From Bacteroidota bacterium (GTDB lineage: Bacteria > Bacteroidota > Bacteroidia > Cytophagales > UBA9547): DNA of 64,000 nt. Both the position numbers and the translations under genes were made by a program. Below the pieces are notes generated by a model. It made no database searches and had not been told where the DNA came from. It saw only the letters and a program-made list of their open reading frames with translations. Location of the stretch: contig RDZG01000056.1 in assembly GCA_004293915.1 (NCBI GenBank), positions 19,342 through 83,341 of the forward strand. Direction: 5' to 3'. Below are positions 57,253-64,000 of this stretch, piece by piece (within the stretch, counting starts at the first letter, position 1; each line of letters opens with the position of its first letter).

Positions 57253-57504
57253 ATGATTGTTTCGACACCCGAATTAGTTGTAAATACATGGGAGTTTGAG
57301 TGTATGCACACACCCGAAACCATAGATAAAATAGTGATGAATTTTCGCAAACGTGGTTTAATGCTCAATAAATTGAACTACGAAAAATTAGACGAATTCA
57401 AATCGAAATGCACGATAGAATTTGAAGAAACGCCTTTGGCATCGAATCGAATTTTTGCCAATGTGCAGCGTATTCATGATGTAATTGATGTAAAGAGGCT
57501 CTAA
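57253..57504 (+). CDS. Short ACT-like acetolactate synthase regulatory subunit (IlvM/IlvN-type, 83 aa)
   Basis: It starts 1 nt after the ilvB stop. The single ACT-like pattern is ...HTPETIDKIVMNFRKRGLMLNKLNY...VQRIHDVIDVKRL. The assignment rests on position plus motif. Confidence 0.55.
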   Translation: MIVSTPELVVNTWEFECMHTPETIDKIVMNFRKRGLMLNKLNYEKLDEFKSKCTIEFEETPLASNRIFANVQRIHDVIDVKRL

Positions 57505-57520
57505 AAAGCCTCTTTTTTTT
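57492..57520 (+). terminator. Rho-independent terminator overlapping the small-subunit stop codon
   Basis: It has a 9-bp stem (aaagaggct at 57492-57500 and agcctcttt at 57507-57515) and a 6-nt loop. The T-run extends to 57520. Confidence 0.8.
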
Positions 57521-57530
57521 GAGTATAAAT

Positions 57531-58433
57531 ATGCAAGTATTAGACAATACCCTTACAAAAGAAAACATCAAACATTGGTTTGAGCATTTGCAAGAGCGAA
57601 TTTGCAAAACTATAGCTGATATTGATGGAAAAGCCACATTTGAAATCGATATTTGGTCGAGGGAAGAGGGTGGTGGAGGCAAAACACGAGTGCTAAAAGA
57701 AGGAAAAATACTAGAAAAAGCAGGTGTTGCTTTTTCTGCTGTTTGGGGGCAAACACCAACCAAAATTTTAGAAGCATTGAAACTCGAAAATGCAGATTTT
57801 TTTGCTACAGGTGTGTCTATTGTGATGCACCCCCACAATCCGCATGTGCCTATAATCCACATGAATGTACGTTATTTTGAAATGTCGAACGGAGTTTGGT
57901 GGTTTGGTGGCGGTATAGATTTAACCCCACATTATATTAATAAAGAAGATGCCCAGTTTTTTCATCAGCATTTAAAAAATGCTTGCGATGCACATGATGA
58001 AGCATATTATCCAAAGTTTAAAAACTGGGCTGATGATTATTTTTATATCAAACATAGAAACGAAACACGAGGCATTGGCGGTATATTTTTTGACCAATTA
58101 AATGACAAACCCAAAGAACAAATTTTTGAGTTTGTGAAAGAAATTGGAAATTCTTTTGTACCAATTTATAGCCATTTACTAATTAAAAATCACGAAAAAC
58201 ATTTTTCAGAACAAGAAAAAAAATGGCAATTGATTCGGAGAGGTAGGTATGTAGAATTTAATTTGGTTTATGATAAAGGCACAAAATTTGGGCTAGACAC
58301 CAATGGTCGGACCGAAAGTATTTTGATGAGTTTGCCCAAAGAAGCCAATTGGGAATATCAATTTGAGGTAGAATCAAATTCGCCAGAGGCTTATACTTTG
58401 TCGAAACTCAAAAAAGGCATTTCATGGATTTAA
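57531..58433 (+). CDS. hemF: Oxygen-dependent coproporphyrinogen III oxidase
   Basis: It contains EKAGVAFSAVWG, HPHNPHVPIIHMNVRYFE, WFGGGIDLTP and GRTESILMSLP. I prefer the ATG at 57531 to the TTG at 57519, which lies inside the terminator T-run. Confidence 0.9.
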   Translation: MQVLDNTLTKENIKHWFEHLQERICKTIADIDGKATFEIDIWSREEGGGGKTRVLKEGKILEKAGVAFSAVWGQTPTKILEALKLENADFFATGVSIVMHPHNPHVPIIHMNVRYFEMSNGVWWFGGGIDLTPHYINKEDAQFFHQHLKNACDAHDEAYYPKFKNWADDYFYIKHRNETRGIGGIFFDQLNDKPKEQIFEFVKEIGNSFVPIYSHLLIKNHEKHFSEQEKKWQLIRRGRYVEFNLVYDKGTKFGLDTNGRTESILMSLPKEANWEYQFEVESNSPEAYTLSKLKKGISWI

Positions 58434-58990
58434 TTGCTAACTTAATCGAAAGTATTAATCAAATAGATATTGCTATTTTTTTGAAAATAAACAATTTTCA
58501 TTCGCCAATTTTTGATTGGCTAATGTATTGGTTATCAAACAAATGGATTTGGATTCCAGCATATTTAATTATACTTTTTTATATATTTAAAACTAGAAAA
58601 AATTATAAAGCTATCTTAATTTGTATTGGTTTATTGATTCCTTGTGCTGATTTGACATCATCGCTAGTTTTGAAACCGCTTATCGAAAGACCTCGACCAT
58701 GCCACCAACCAGAAATTTTTACAAAAATGAAATTAGTTGGCGATTGTGGAGGGAAATATGGTTTTGTGTCTTCGCATGCAGCAAACACTTTTGCCATAGC
58801 CACATTTTTATTTTTGCTATTTTCTGCTCAAAAAATATGCATTTTAGGCTTTTTGTGGGCTTTCTTAATTGCATATAGTCGTGTATATTTGGGGGTGCAT
58901 TTTCCGCTTGATGTGTTTTTTGGTGCGATTATTGGCATTTTTTATGCCTATTTTATACATAAAATGGTATTACCAAAATTAAAATTTTAA
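58424..58990 (+). CDS. PAP2-family phosphatase (undecaprenyl-diphosphate/phosphatidate phosphatase type)
   Basis: It has KPLIERPRP, SSHAAN and SRVYLGVHFPLDV (the three PAP2 motifs). It overlaps hemF by 10 nt. Confidence 0.8.
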   Translation: MDLIANLIESINQIDIAIFLKINNFHSPIFDWLMYWLSNKWIWIPAYLIILFYIFKTRKNYKAILICIGLLIPCADLTSSLVLKPLIERPRPCHQPEIFTKMKLVGDCGGKYGFVSSHAANTFAIATFLFLLFSAQKICILGFLWAFLIAYSRVYLGVHFPLDVFFGAIIGIFYAYFIHKMVLPKLKF

Positions 58991-59055
58991 GGAAATGTGT
59001 ACAACTATTTAATTTTAACTAATTTTGAATTAAATTAACAATCAAAACCAAAAAA

Positions 59056-59646
59056 ATGAAAAAATTATTAATTATTGGAGGTGTAATTCTTGTAGGAGGA
59101 TTTATCTTGTATAGCTTTTTTGCAGGTTCGTTTAATAGCATGGTTACAAAGGACGAAGCCGTGAAAAGTGCTTGGGCTCAAGTTCAAAACGTTTATCAAC
59201 GCAGGCTAGATTTGATTCCTAATTTGGTAAATACAGTAAAAGGTTATGCCAATTTTGAAAAAGAAACGCTTACACAAATTGTAGAAGCTAGAGCAAAAGC
59301 AACTTCTGTAAACATAAAACCAGATAATTTGTCGCCTGAAGAATTGAAAAAATTTCAAGGTGCGCAAGATGGTTTGAGTCAAGCTTTAGGCAGATTGCTA
59401 TCAGTTGTAGAAAATTATCCTGATTTGAAAGCAAATCAAAACTTTTTGGAATTGCAATCGCAGTTAGAAGGTACAGAAAATAGAATCACGGTTGAACGCC
59501 AAAAATATAACGAAGTAGTAAAAGACTATAACGCCTATATCAGAGCATTTCCAAGAAATATTTTGAGAGGAATGTATGGATTTGATCCAAAAGGATATTT
59601 TGAAGCTACCGCAGGTGCCGAAAAAGCACCAGAAGTTAAGTTTTAG
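59056..59646 (+). CDS. lemA: LemA family protein
   Basis: 196 aa with an N-terminal TM helix. It contains WAQVQNVYQRRLDLIPNLVNTVKGYA.FE..T and YPDLKANQNFLELQSQLEGTENRI. Confidence 0.9.
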   Translation: MKKLLIIGGVILVGGFILYSFFAGSFNSMVTKDEAVKSAWAQVQNVYQRRLDLIPNLVNTVKGYANFEKETLTQIVEARAKATSVNIKPDNLSPEELKKFQGAQDGLSQALGRLLSVVENYPDLKANQNFLELQSQLEGTENRITVERQKYNEVVKDYNAYIRAFPRNILRGMYGFDPKGYFEATAGAEKAPEVKF

Positions 59647-59653
59647 TTTTTAA

Positions 59654-59694
59654 AAGAAAACAGATTGCATTAATTTCAATCTGTTTTCTTTTTT
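59654..59694. terminator. Strong hairpin terminator shared by convergent lemA and the HEPN-like gene
   Basis: It has a perfect 14-bp stem (aagaaaacagattg at 59654-59667 and caatctgttttctt at 59677-59690) and a 9-nt loop, followed by a T-run. The right arm encodes the last codons of the minus-strand gene. Confidence 0.7.
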
Positions 59695-60170
59695 ATCCAG
59701 CTCAAATCGTTTAAGTTTGTTGAGCTAGTTTTTATTTTTATTACTGGAAATGCTTTACAATCATATTTTTTTACAATAAAATCAATAATTGTATTTAGGT
59801 GTCTTATAGCTTTTTCAAAGTGCTTTTCATAAACAAGTGCAGCTTGTGTTTCCTGTAAAGCAACTTCTTTATCATTTACTAAATACCTTGCTCTACGTGA
59901 TAAAGATTGTAATGAAATATATGCCACAAAAACATCCTCGGGAATTTTAGATATAGAAGTAGAAACTTCAGGATTAAGGGCATGTTTTACATCTGTGTGT
60001 GTTCTGTAATGCAATTTAAATTTTGATAAGTGTGCATTCACTAAATGCAACGAAGAATAAAATCCACATGTAATTTGCCAATCATAACAATCAGAAATTT
60101 GATTATTAATGTTTTGCAGAAAATTTATATTTTTTACTGCCTGTTGAAAATGATCTTCAAATGATGCCAA
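59676..60170 (-). CDS. Helical protein with HEPN-like features (164 aa)
   Basis: DWQITCGFYSSLHLVNAHLSKFKLHYRTHTDVKH resembles the 'W...FYa.lH...A.l...H' helix pair, and it contains an R-x6-H candidate (RTHTDVKH). The assignment is tentative. Confidence 0.4.
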   Translation of the reverse strand: MASFEDHFQQAVKNINFLQNINNQISDCYDWQITCGFYSSLHLVNAHLSKFKLHYRTHTDVKHALNPEVSTSISKIPEDVFVAYISLQSLSRRARYLVNDKEVALQETQAALVYEKHFEKAIRHLNTIIDFIVKKYDCKAFPVIKIKTSSTNLNDLSWIKKKTD

Positions 60171-60176
60171 ATCAAA

Positions 60177-60647
60177 TTATTTTACAACTTTATAATGAAT
60201 TGGAACATTAAAATTATCAGATGCTTCAACAATTGTTGATGTTATATCAAAACCATAATCATGATATTTAGCATTTACTTTTGCTTCAGACAAAATTAGT
60301 TTTTTTTCAAACTCAGAATCGTTATCTGGTATTTCTGCCCATACTAAAATTTCGGAACCTTTATAGTCAAAAGCTAATTTGATAGGCAAGTTATCATTCA
60401 ATAAATCAATGAAATCAATAATGATTTTTGTTGTAAAATATTGATTTATGGCTTCATTATTTAATAATGCTATCCTATCCAAATTTCCATCAATTGCAGC
60501 TCTATATAAATTATCTATTTCTTTAGATGCTGTTTTTGTGTCTAATTGAAGCTTATGTACTTTGATGGAATTAATAAATTCTTCAAACCAAAGCTCACGT
60601 TTTTGTTCTTCTTCTTTTAATATGTTAAAGCTAAATGCTGTTTCCAT
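60177..60647 (-). CDS. Hypothetical protein (156 aa), upstream partner of the HEPN-like gene
   Basis: The ORF ends 6 nt before the next start. I recognise no family. Confidence 0.45.
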   Translation of the reverse strand: METAFSFNILKEEEQKRELWFEEFINSIKVHKLQLDTKTASKEIDNLYRAAIDGNLDRIALLNNEAINQYFTTKIIIDFIDLLNDNLPIKLAFDYKGSEILVWAEIPDNDSEFEKKLILSEAKVNAKYHDYGFDITSTIVEASDNFNVPIHYKVVK

Positions 60648-60805
60648 AAAGCAAATATGCTAATAGTATTTTATAATATCAAACGTATTTTACTTTTATT
60701 TGTTTGTCAAATAATGTTTTTGGTATTTAAAGTATAAAGTTACATTTTCTTTTTTCAATTTATTTTGGTTATTTTTATATCGTTTTCAAATAATAAAACT
60801 TTACT

Positions 60806-61813
60806 ATGCACACAATTTTAGCCATCGAAAGTTCTTGTGACGAAACCTCAGCTTCGGTGGTAAGTGATGGCAAAATACGCTCAAATATTATTGCAACACA
60901 AGACATACATAAACAATATGGTGGCGTAGTGCCAGAATTGGCTTCGAGAGCTCACGAAAAAAATATTGTTCCTGTTGTTCAACAAGCCTTAGAAAAGGCA
61001 AATATTACAAAACAACAACTTGATGCAGTGGCATTTACACAAGGTCCGGGTTTGTTGGGTGCTTTGCTCATTGGCAATTGTTTTGCAAAAGGAATGGCTA
61101 TGGCTTTAAATATTCCTTTGATTGGCGTAAACCACATGGAAGCACACATTAATGCTCATTTTATTGCTGAAAACAAACCCGAATTTCCATTTTTGTGCCT
61201 TACAGTAAGTGGCGGACATACACAAATAGTATTAGTAACCGATTTTGGAAAGTTTGAAATTTTGGGAGAAACCATAGACGATGCCGTTGGCGAAGCCTTT
61301 GATAAAACCGCTAAATTATTAAACTTACCCTATCCTGGTGGTCCGTTGATTGATAAAATGGCTAAAAATGGCAATTCAAAAGCTTTTATATTTTCTATTC
61401 CAGAAGTCCCAGACTTTAATTTTTCGTTTAGTGGTATTAAAACTTCTATTTTATATTTTATTCAAAAAAATACCGTTCAAAATCCAGATTTTATATCCGA
61501 AAATTTAGCTGATATTTGTGCATCTGTGCAGTTTACATTAGTAGAAATTTTGATGCGTAAACTCAAAAAAGCGGCAAAACAATTTCATATCAAAACCATT
61601 GCTATTGCTGGTGGAGTGGCTGCAAACAGCGAATTGAGAAAAAGAATAATTGAAGAATCAGAAAAAAACGATTGGAAATATTTTATTCCAGACTTTGAAT
61701 ATTGTACAGATAATGCAGCCATGATTGCCATTTCTGCGTATTACAAATACAATAACAAAGATTTTGTATGGTTAGATGCAGTACCAAATGCTCGTATGGC
61801 GATAGGTACTTAG
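60806..61813 (+). CDS. tsaD: tRNA N6-adenosine threonylcarbamoyltransferase
   Basis: It contains ILAIESSCDETSASVV, GVVPELASRAH, VSGGHTQ and IAGGVAANS. Confidence 0.95.
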   Translation: MHTILAIESSCDETSASVVSDGKIRSNIIATQDIHKQYGGVVPELASRAHEKNIVPVVQQALEKANITKQQLDAVAFTQGPGLLGALLIGNCFAKGMAMALNIPLIGVNHMEAHINAHFIAENKPEFPFLCLTVSGGHTQIVLVTDFGKFEILGETIDDAVGEAFDKTAKLLNLPYPGGPLIDKMAKNGNSKAFIFSIPEVPDFNFSFSGIKTSILYFIQKNTVQNPDFISENLADICASVQFTLVEILMRKLKKAAKQFHIKTIAIAGGVAANSELRKRIIEESEKNDWKYFIPDFEYCTDNAAMIAISAYYKYNNKDFVWLDAVPNARMAIGT

Positions 61814-61875
61814 TTTAGTCTTACTGTAGTTATAACTATGTTGTACTTTTGGGAAACAATTAATATCTTTGCATT

Positions 61876-62253
61876 GTGAAGAAAAAACATACATTTAGAA
61901 AAGTATTGTTTTATAAAAACCATTTTCATGATTTTATATGTAAGTTGAATGAAAAAGTTCAACAAAAGGTGTTTTGGACAATTGATTTAATTGAAGAGCT
62001 TGAATTTATTCCTGAAACTTATTTGAAGTATATTGAAAACACAAATGGATTATATGAGGTAAGGGTTCAACAAGGAGGCAATATTTTTAGAATATTTGCG
62101 TTTTTTGATGAGGGAAAGCTGGTTTTATTAGCAAATGGTTTTCAAAAGAAAACACAAAAAACCCCTCAGAAAGAAATTGAAAAAGCTTTAAAAATTAAAA
62201 ATGAATATGAGCAAGAAAAACTAACTATACTAGACAGAAACAAATATGAATAA
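61876..62253 (+). CDS. Type II toxin, RelE/ParE superfamily (phage Gp49-like/HigB-like)
   Basis: 125 aa with a GTG start. It contains LKYIENTNGLYEVRVQQGGNIFRIFAFFDEGKLVLLANGFQKKTQKTPQKEIEKA. Confidence 0.75.
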   Translation: MKKKHTFRKVLFYKNHFHDFICKLNEKVQQKVFWTIDLIEELEFIPETYLKYIENTNGLYEVRVQQGGNIFRIFAFFDEGKLVLLANGFQKKTQKTPQKEIEKALKIKNEYEQEKLTILDRNKYE

Positions 62254-62548
62254 TAGTAAAAATATAACATCATTTGCCTCCTATAAAGACAAACATTTTG
62301 GAAAAATAGGCACAGAAAAGCGTGACGCTTATGAAGCTAGTTATGAGCAGTTTAAGCTTGGTGCTATGATTCATGATGCACGACTTGAAAAGGGATTGAC
62401 TCAAGAACAACTTGCTGAAAAATGTGGAACAACCAAATCTTATATTTCAAGAATTGAAAATAATCTTAAAGAAGTTCGTATATCAACGCTTCAAAGAATT
62501 GTAGAAGTAGGTTTTGGAGGACATCTACAACTTTCTATAAGACTATAA
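62246..62548 (+). CDS. XRE-family HTH antitoxin (HigA-like)
   Basis: 100 aa. It overlaps the toxin gene by 8 nt. It contains LEKGLTQEQLAEKCGTTKSYISRIENN. Confidence 0.75.
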   Translation: MNNSKNITSFASYKDKHFGKIGTEKRDAYEASYEQFKLGAMIHDARLEKGLTQEQLAEKCGTTKSYISRIENNLKEVRISTLQRIVEVGFGGHLQLSIRL

Positions 62549-62605
62549 TTTAATATCGTAATATAACTTAGTACACAAAAACAATCCAACAAAATTATCA
62601 CCAAA

Positions 62606-62947
62606 ATGAAACAGTTAATTTTTATTTTCATAGTAATTTCAAGTTTTAAGGTGTATTCACAAATCGCACCTGGAAGGGTCGAGCCTTGTAAGATTTTTGG
62701 AAAAATATTTATTGTAACGGACAAAAGACAAGCCGATTATAAAATTTATGAAGAAGAAACCGAAGCTTTTGCACAACTTGTGGTTTATAAACAAGACAAC
62801 AGATTTTATGCCGACAAACAAGGGCAATGGTTTTTTACAAAAGACAAAACCGAAGCCGATTTTTGGGTCTATTTTGTAGATTCAAAAGGTTTATCAGATT
62901 TTACAATAGCCTATACCCAAACCGAAAGTTTTGCGGGCTGCAAATAA
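62606..62947 (+). CDS. Small secreted protein (113 aa), DUF6150-like
   Basis: It has the signal peptide MKQLIFIFIVISSFKVYSQ. The repeated 'x-AD-[YF]-x-[IV]Y' elements (QADYKIY, EADFWVYFV) resemble that Bacteroidota family as I recall it. Confidence 0.45.
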   Translation: MKQLIFIFIVISSFKVYSQIAPGRVEPCKIFGKIFIVTDKRQADYKIYEEETEAFAQLVVYKQDNRFYADKQGQWFFTKDKTEADFWVYFVDSKGLSDFTIAYTQTESFAGCK

Positions 62948-62953
62948 TATTTC

Positions 62954-63790
62954 ATGCAACAACATCAGTACCTACAAGTTGATTTTTTATGCTCAACAGA
63001 GCTTACCGAAATTTTGATTGCCGAACTTGCCGAACTCAATTATGACTCGTTTTGGGAAAAAGAAGATGGTTTTACTGCATACATTCAAGCCGAGTTTTTC
63101 AACGAAAATCAATTGAAATTGCTTTTGCAAGATTACAATGAAAACAAAATCACCTATCATGTTTCTGAATTGGAAAACAGAAACTGGAACCAAGAATGGG
63201 AGCGAAATTTTGAACCCATTGTGATTGCAGATAAATGTTATGTGCGAGCAACTTTTCATGAACCAAAGCCAGAATTTCCGCTTGAAATAATTATCGACCC
63301 AAAAATGTCGTTTGGCACTGGGCATCATGCCACCACAAGCATGATGATTGAACATCTTTTACAAATGGATGTGGAAAATAAAAAAGTAATGGATGTGGGT
63401 TGCGGCACTGGTATTTTGGCTATTGCAGCTGCCAAACTTGGTGCAAATCAAGTAATTGGATTTGATGTAGAAGATTGGACAGTTGAAAATGCAAACGAAA
63501 ACAAAGTAAGAAATGATACAAACGAAATCGAATTTATAAACACAAAAATCGAAGATTTGAATCGTGTTGGCGAACATTTTGATATTATTTTAGCAAACAT
63601 TACCCGAAATATATTACTCGAAGAATTTAAAATATATGCCACATACTTAGCACCAAAAGCTAAAATTGCCATAAGTGGTTTTTATGAATCCGATATTGAT
63701 TCATTGGTTTCAGAAGCTAAATTGCATGGTTTGAGCCTAGAAAAAAGAATAGTATTAAACAATTGGGCTTCGTTACTTTTTAGCAATTAA
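62954..63790 (+). CDS. prmA: Ribosomal protein L11 methyltransferase
   Basis: It contains IIIDPKMSFGTGHHATTSMM, MDVGCGTGILAIAAAKLGA and ILANI. Confidence 0.9.
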   Translation: MQQHQYLQVDFLCSTELTEILIAELAELNYDSFWEKEDGFTAYIQAEFFNENQLKLLLQDYNENKITYHVSELENRNWNQEWERNFEPIVIADKCYVRATFHEPKPEFPLEIIIDPKMSFGTGHHATTSMMIEHLLQMDVENKKVMDVGCGTGILAIAAAKLGANQVIGFDVEDWTVENANENKVRNDTNEIEFINTKIEDLNRVGEHFDIILANITRNILLEEFKIYATYLAPKAKIAISGFYESDIDSLVSEAKLHGLSLEKRIVLNNWASLLFSN

Positions 63791-63811
63791 TACGCCAATA
63801 GTTACCAATTT

Positions 63812-64000
63812 TTATTTTTCAAATTGTTTTACAAGCTGAAGTTTGTAGGTAAAAAAATCGTGGTGTCCGCAGCAGTTTTGGTGTGCATGGTGATTATCAT
63901 GTTCGCCTTTGAGGCTACCTTCTGGTCTAGTTTCGATTTGTTTTTGTTGCCATTGCTCGGTTTCTCGTTTCATTTCTGCCTCATCTTCTTTACTAAATTT
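63812..64000 (-). CDS. C-terminal fragment of an unidentified protein (5' end beyond window edge), His/Cys-rich tail
   Basis: The minus-strand frame is open from 64000 to the TAA (reverse complement of 63812-63814). The product is ...KFSKEDEAEMKRETEQWQQKQIETRPEGSLKGEHDNHHAHQNCCGHHDFFTYKLQLVKQFEK*. It is not in the ORF track because no start lies in the window. Confidence 0.5.
   Translation of the reverse strand, partial: KFSKEDEAEMKRETEQWQQKQIETRPEGSLKGEHDNHHAHQNCCGHHDFFTYKLQLVKQFEK

Noticed and set aside
57398-57862. 154-aa minus-strand ORF
   Set aside because: It spans the 3' end of the ALS small-subunit gene, a rho-independent terminator and the 5' end of hemF on the opposite strand. It has no recognisable motifs.
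1-64000. Search for tRNA, rRNA, tmRNA and CRISPR arrays, and for transposase or integrase genes
   Set aside because: I found no cloverleaf-like GTTCGAATC/T-loop context, no rRNA-like conserved blocks, no regularly spaced short repeats and no recombinase motifs by eye. A tRNAscan, Infernal or CRISPR finder run would be needed to be certain.

Overview
This is a visibly AT-rich bacterial chromosomal segment; I judged GC by eye and did not compute it. The gene families suggest Bacteroidota, probably a Flavobacteriia-like organism, but that is inference: a DUF3822-like protein, a TPR/beta-propeller/OmpA protein, a CcmE-like protein, a divergent rsfS-birA pair, a TAnnTTTG-type promoter motif and a giant FG-GAP/IPT surface protein. 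I count about 60 protein-coding genes. I recognised no rRNA, tRNA, CRISPR array, transposase or integrase. Housekeeping genes present are prfC, an ftsI-like PBP, eutBC, ppk2, ftsH, rsfS, birA, two clpP copies, parE, an lpxH-like gene, an Lpd-like flavoprotein, ilvB plus a small subunit, hemF, a PAP2 phosphatase, lemA, tsaD and prmA. Accessory blocks sit between them. (1) A minus-strand megaprotein gene of more than 2,787 codons fills 1-8361 and is missing from the ORF track because it has no stop codon in the window. (2) A translationally coupled three-gene orphan cassette lies at 15.1-16.8 kb. (3) A 2.8-kb islet of small genes is bracketed by 56-bp direct repeats (21941-21996 and 24803-24858), and the left repeat is fused to a hairpin motif that recurs at 37.1 kb. 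(4) A signalling neighbourhood of about 10 kb (42.3-52.6 kb) contains a tightly packed seven-gene operon: receiver, membrane thioredoxin-fold protein, His-rich 6-TM/GAF/coiled-coil protein, V4R-like proteins and small orphans. The operon has no recognisable enzymatic or DNA-binding output, and I consider it the best candidate for an undescribed system. (5) Just upstream of that operon is a diverged segmental duplication of a NarL-type regulator plus a receiver-gene 5' fragment. (6) nhaA is frameshifted. (7) A HEPN-like two-gene module and a Gp49/XRE toxin-antitoxin pair lie near tsaD. All family assignments come from motif recognition by eye. No database search was run.
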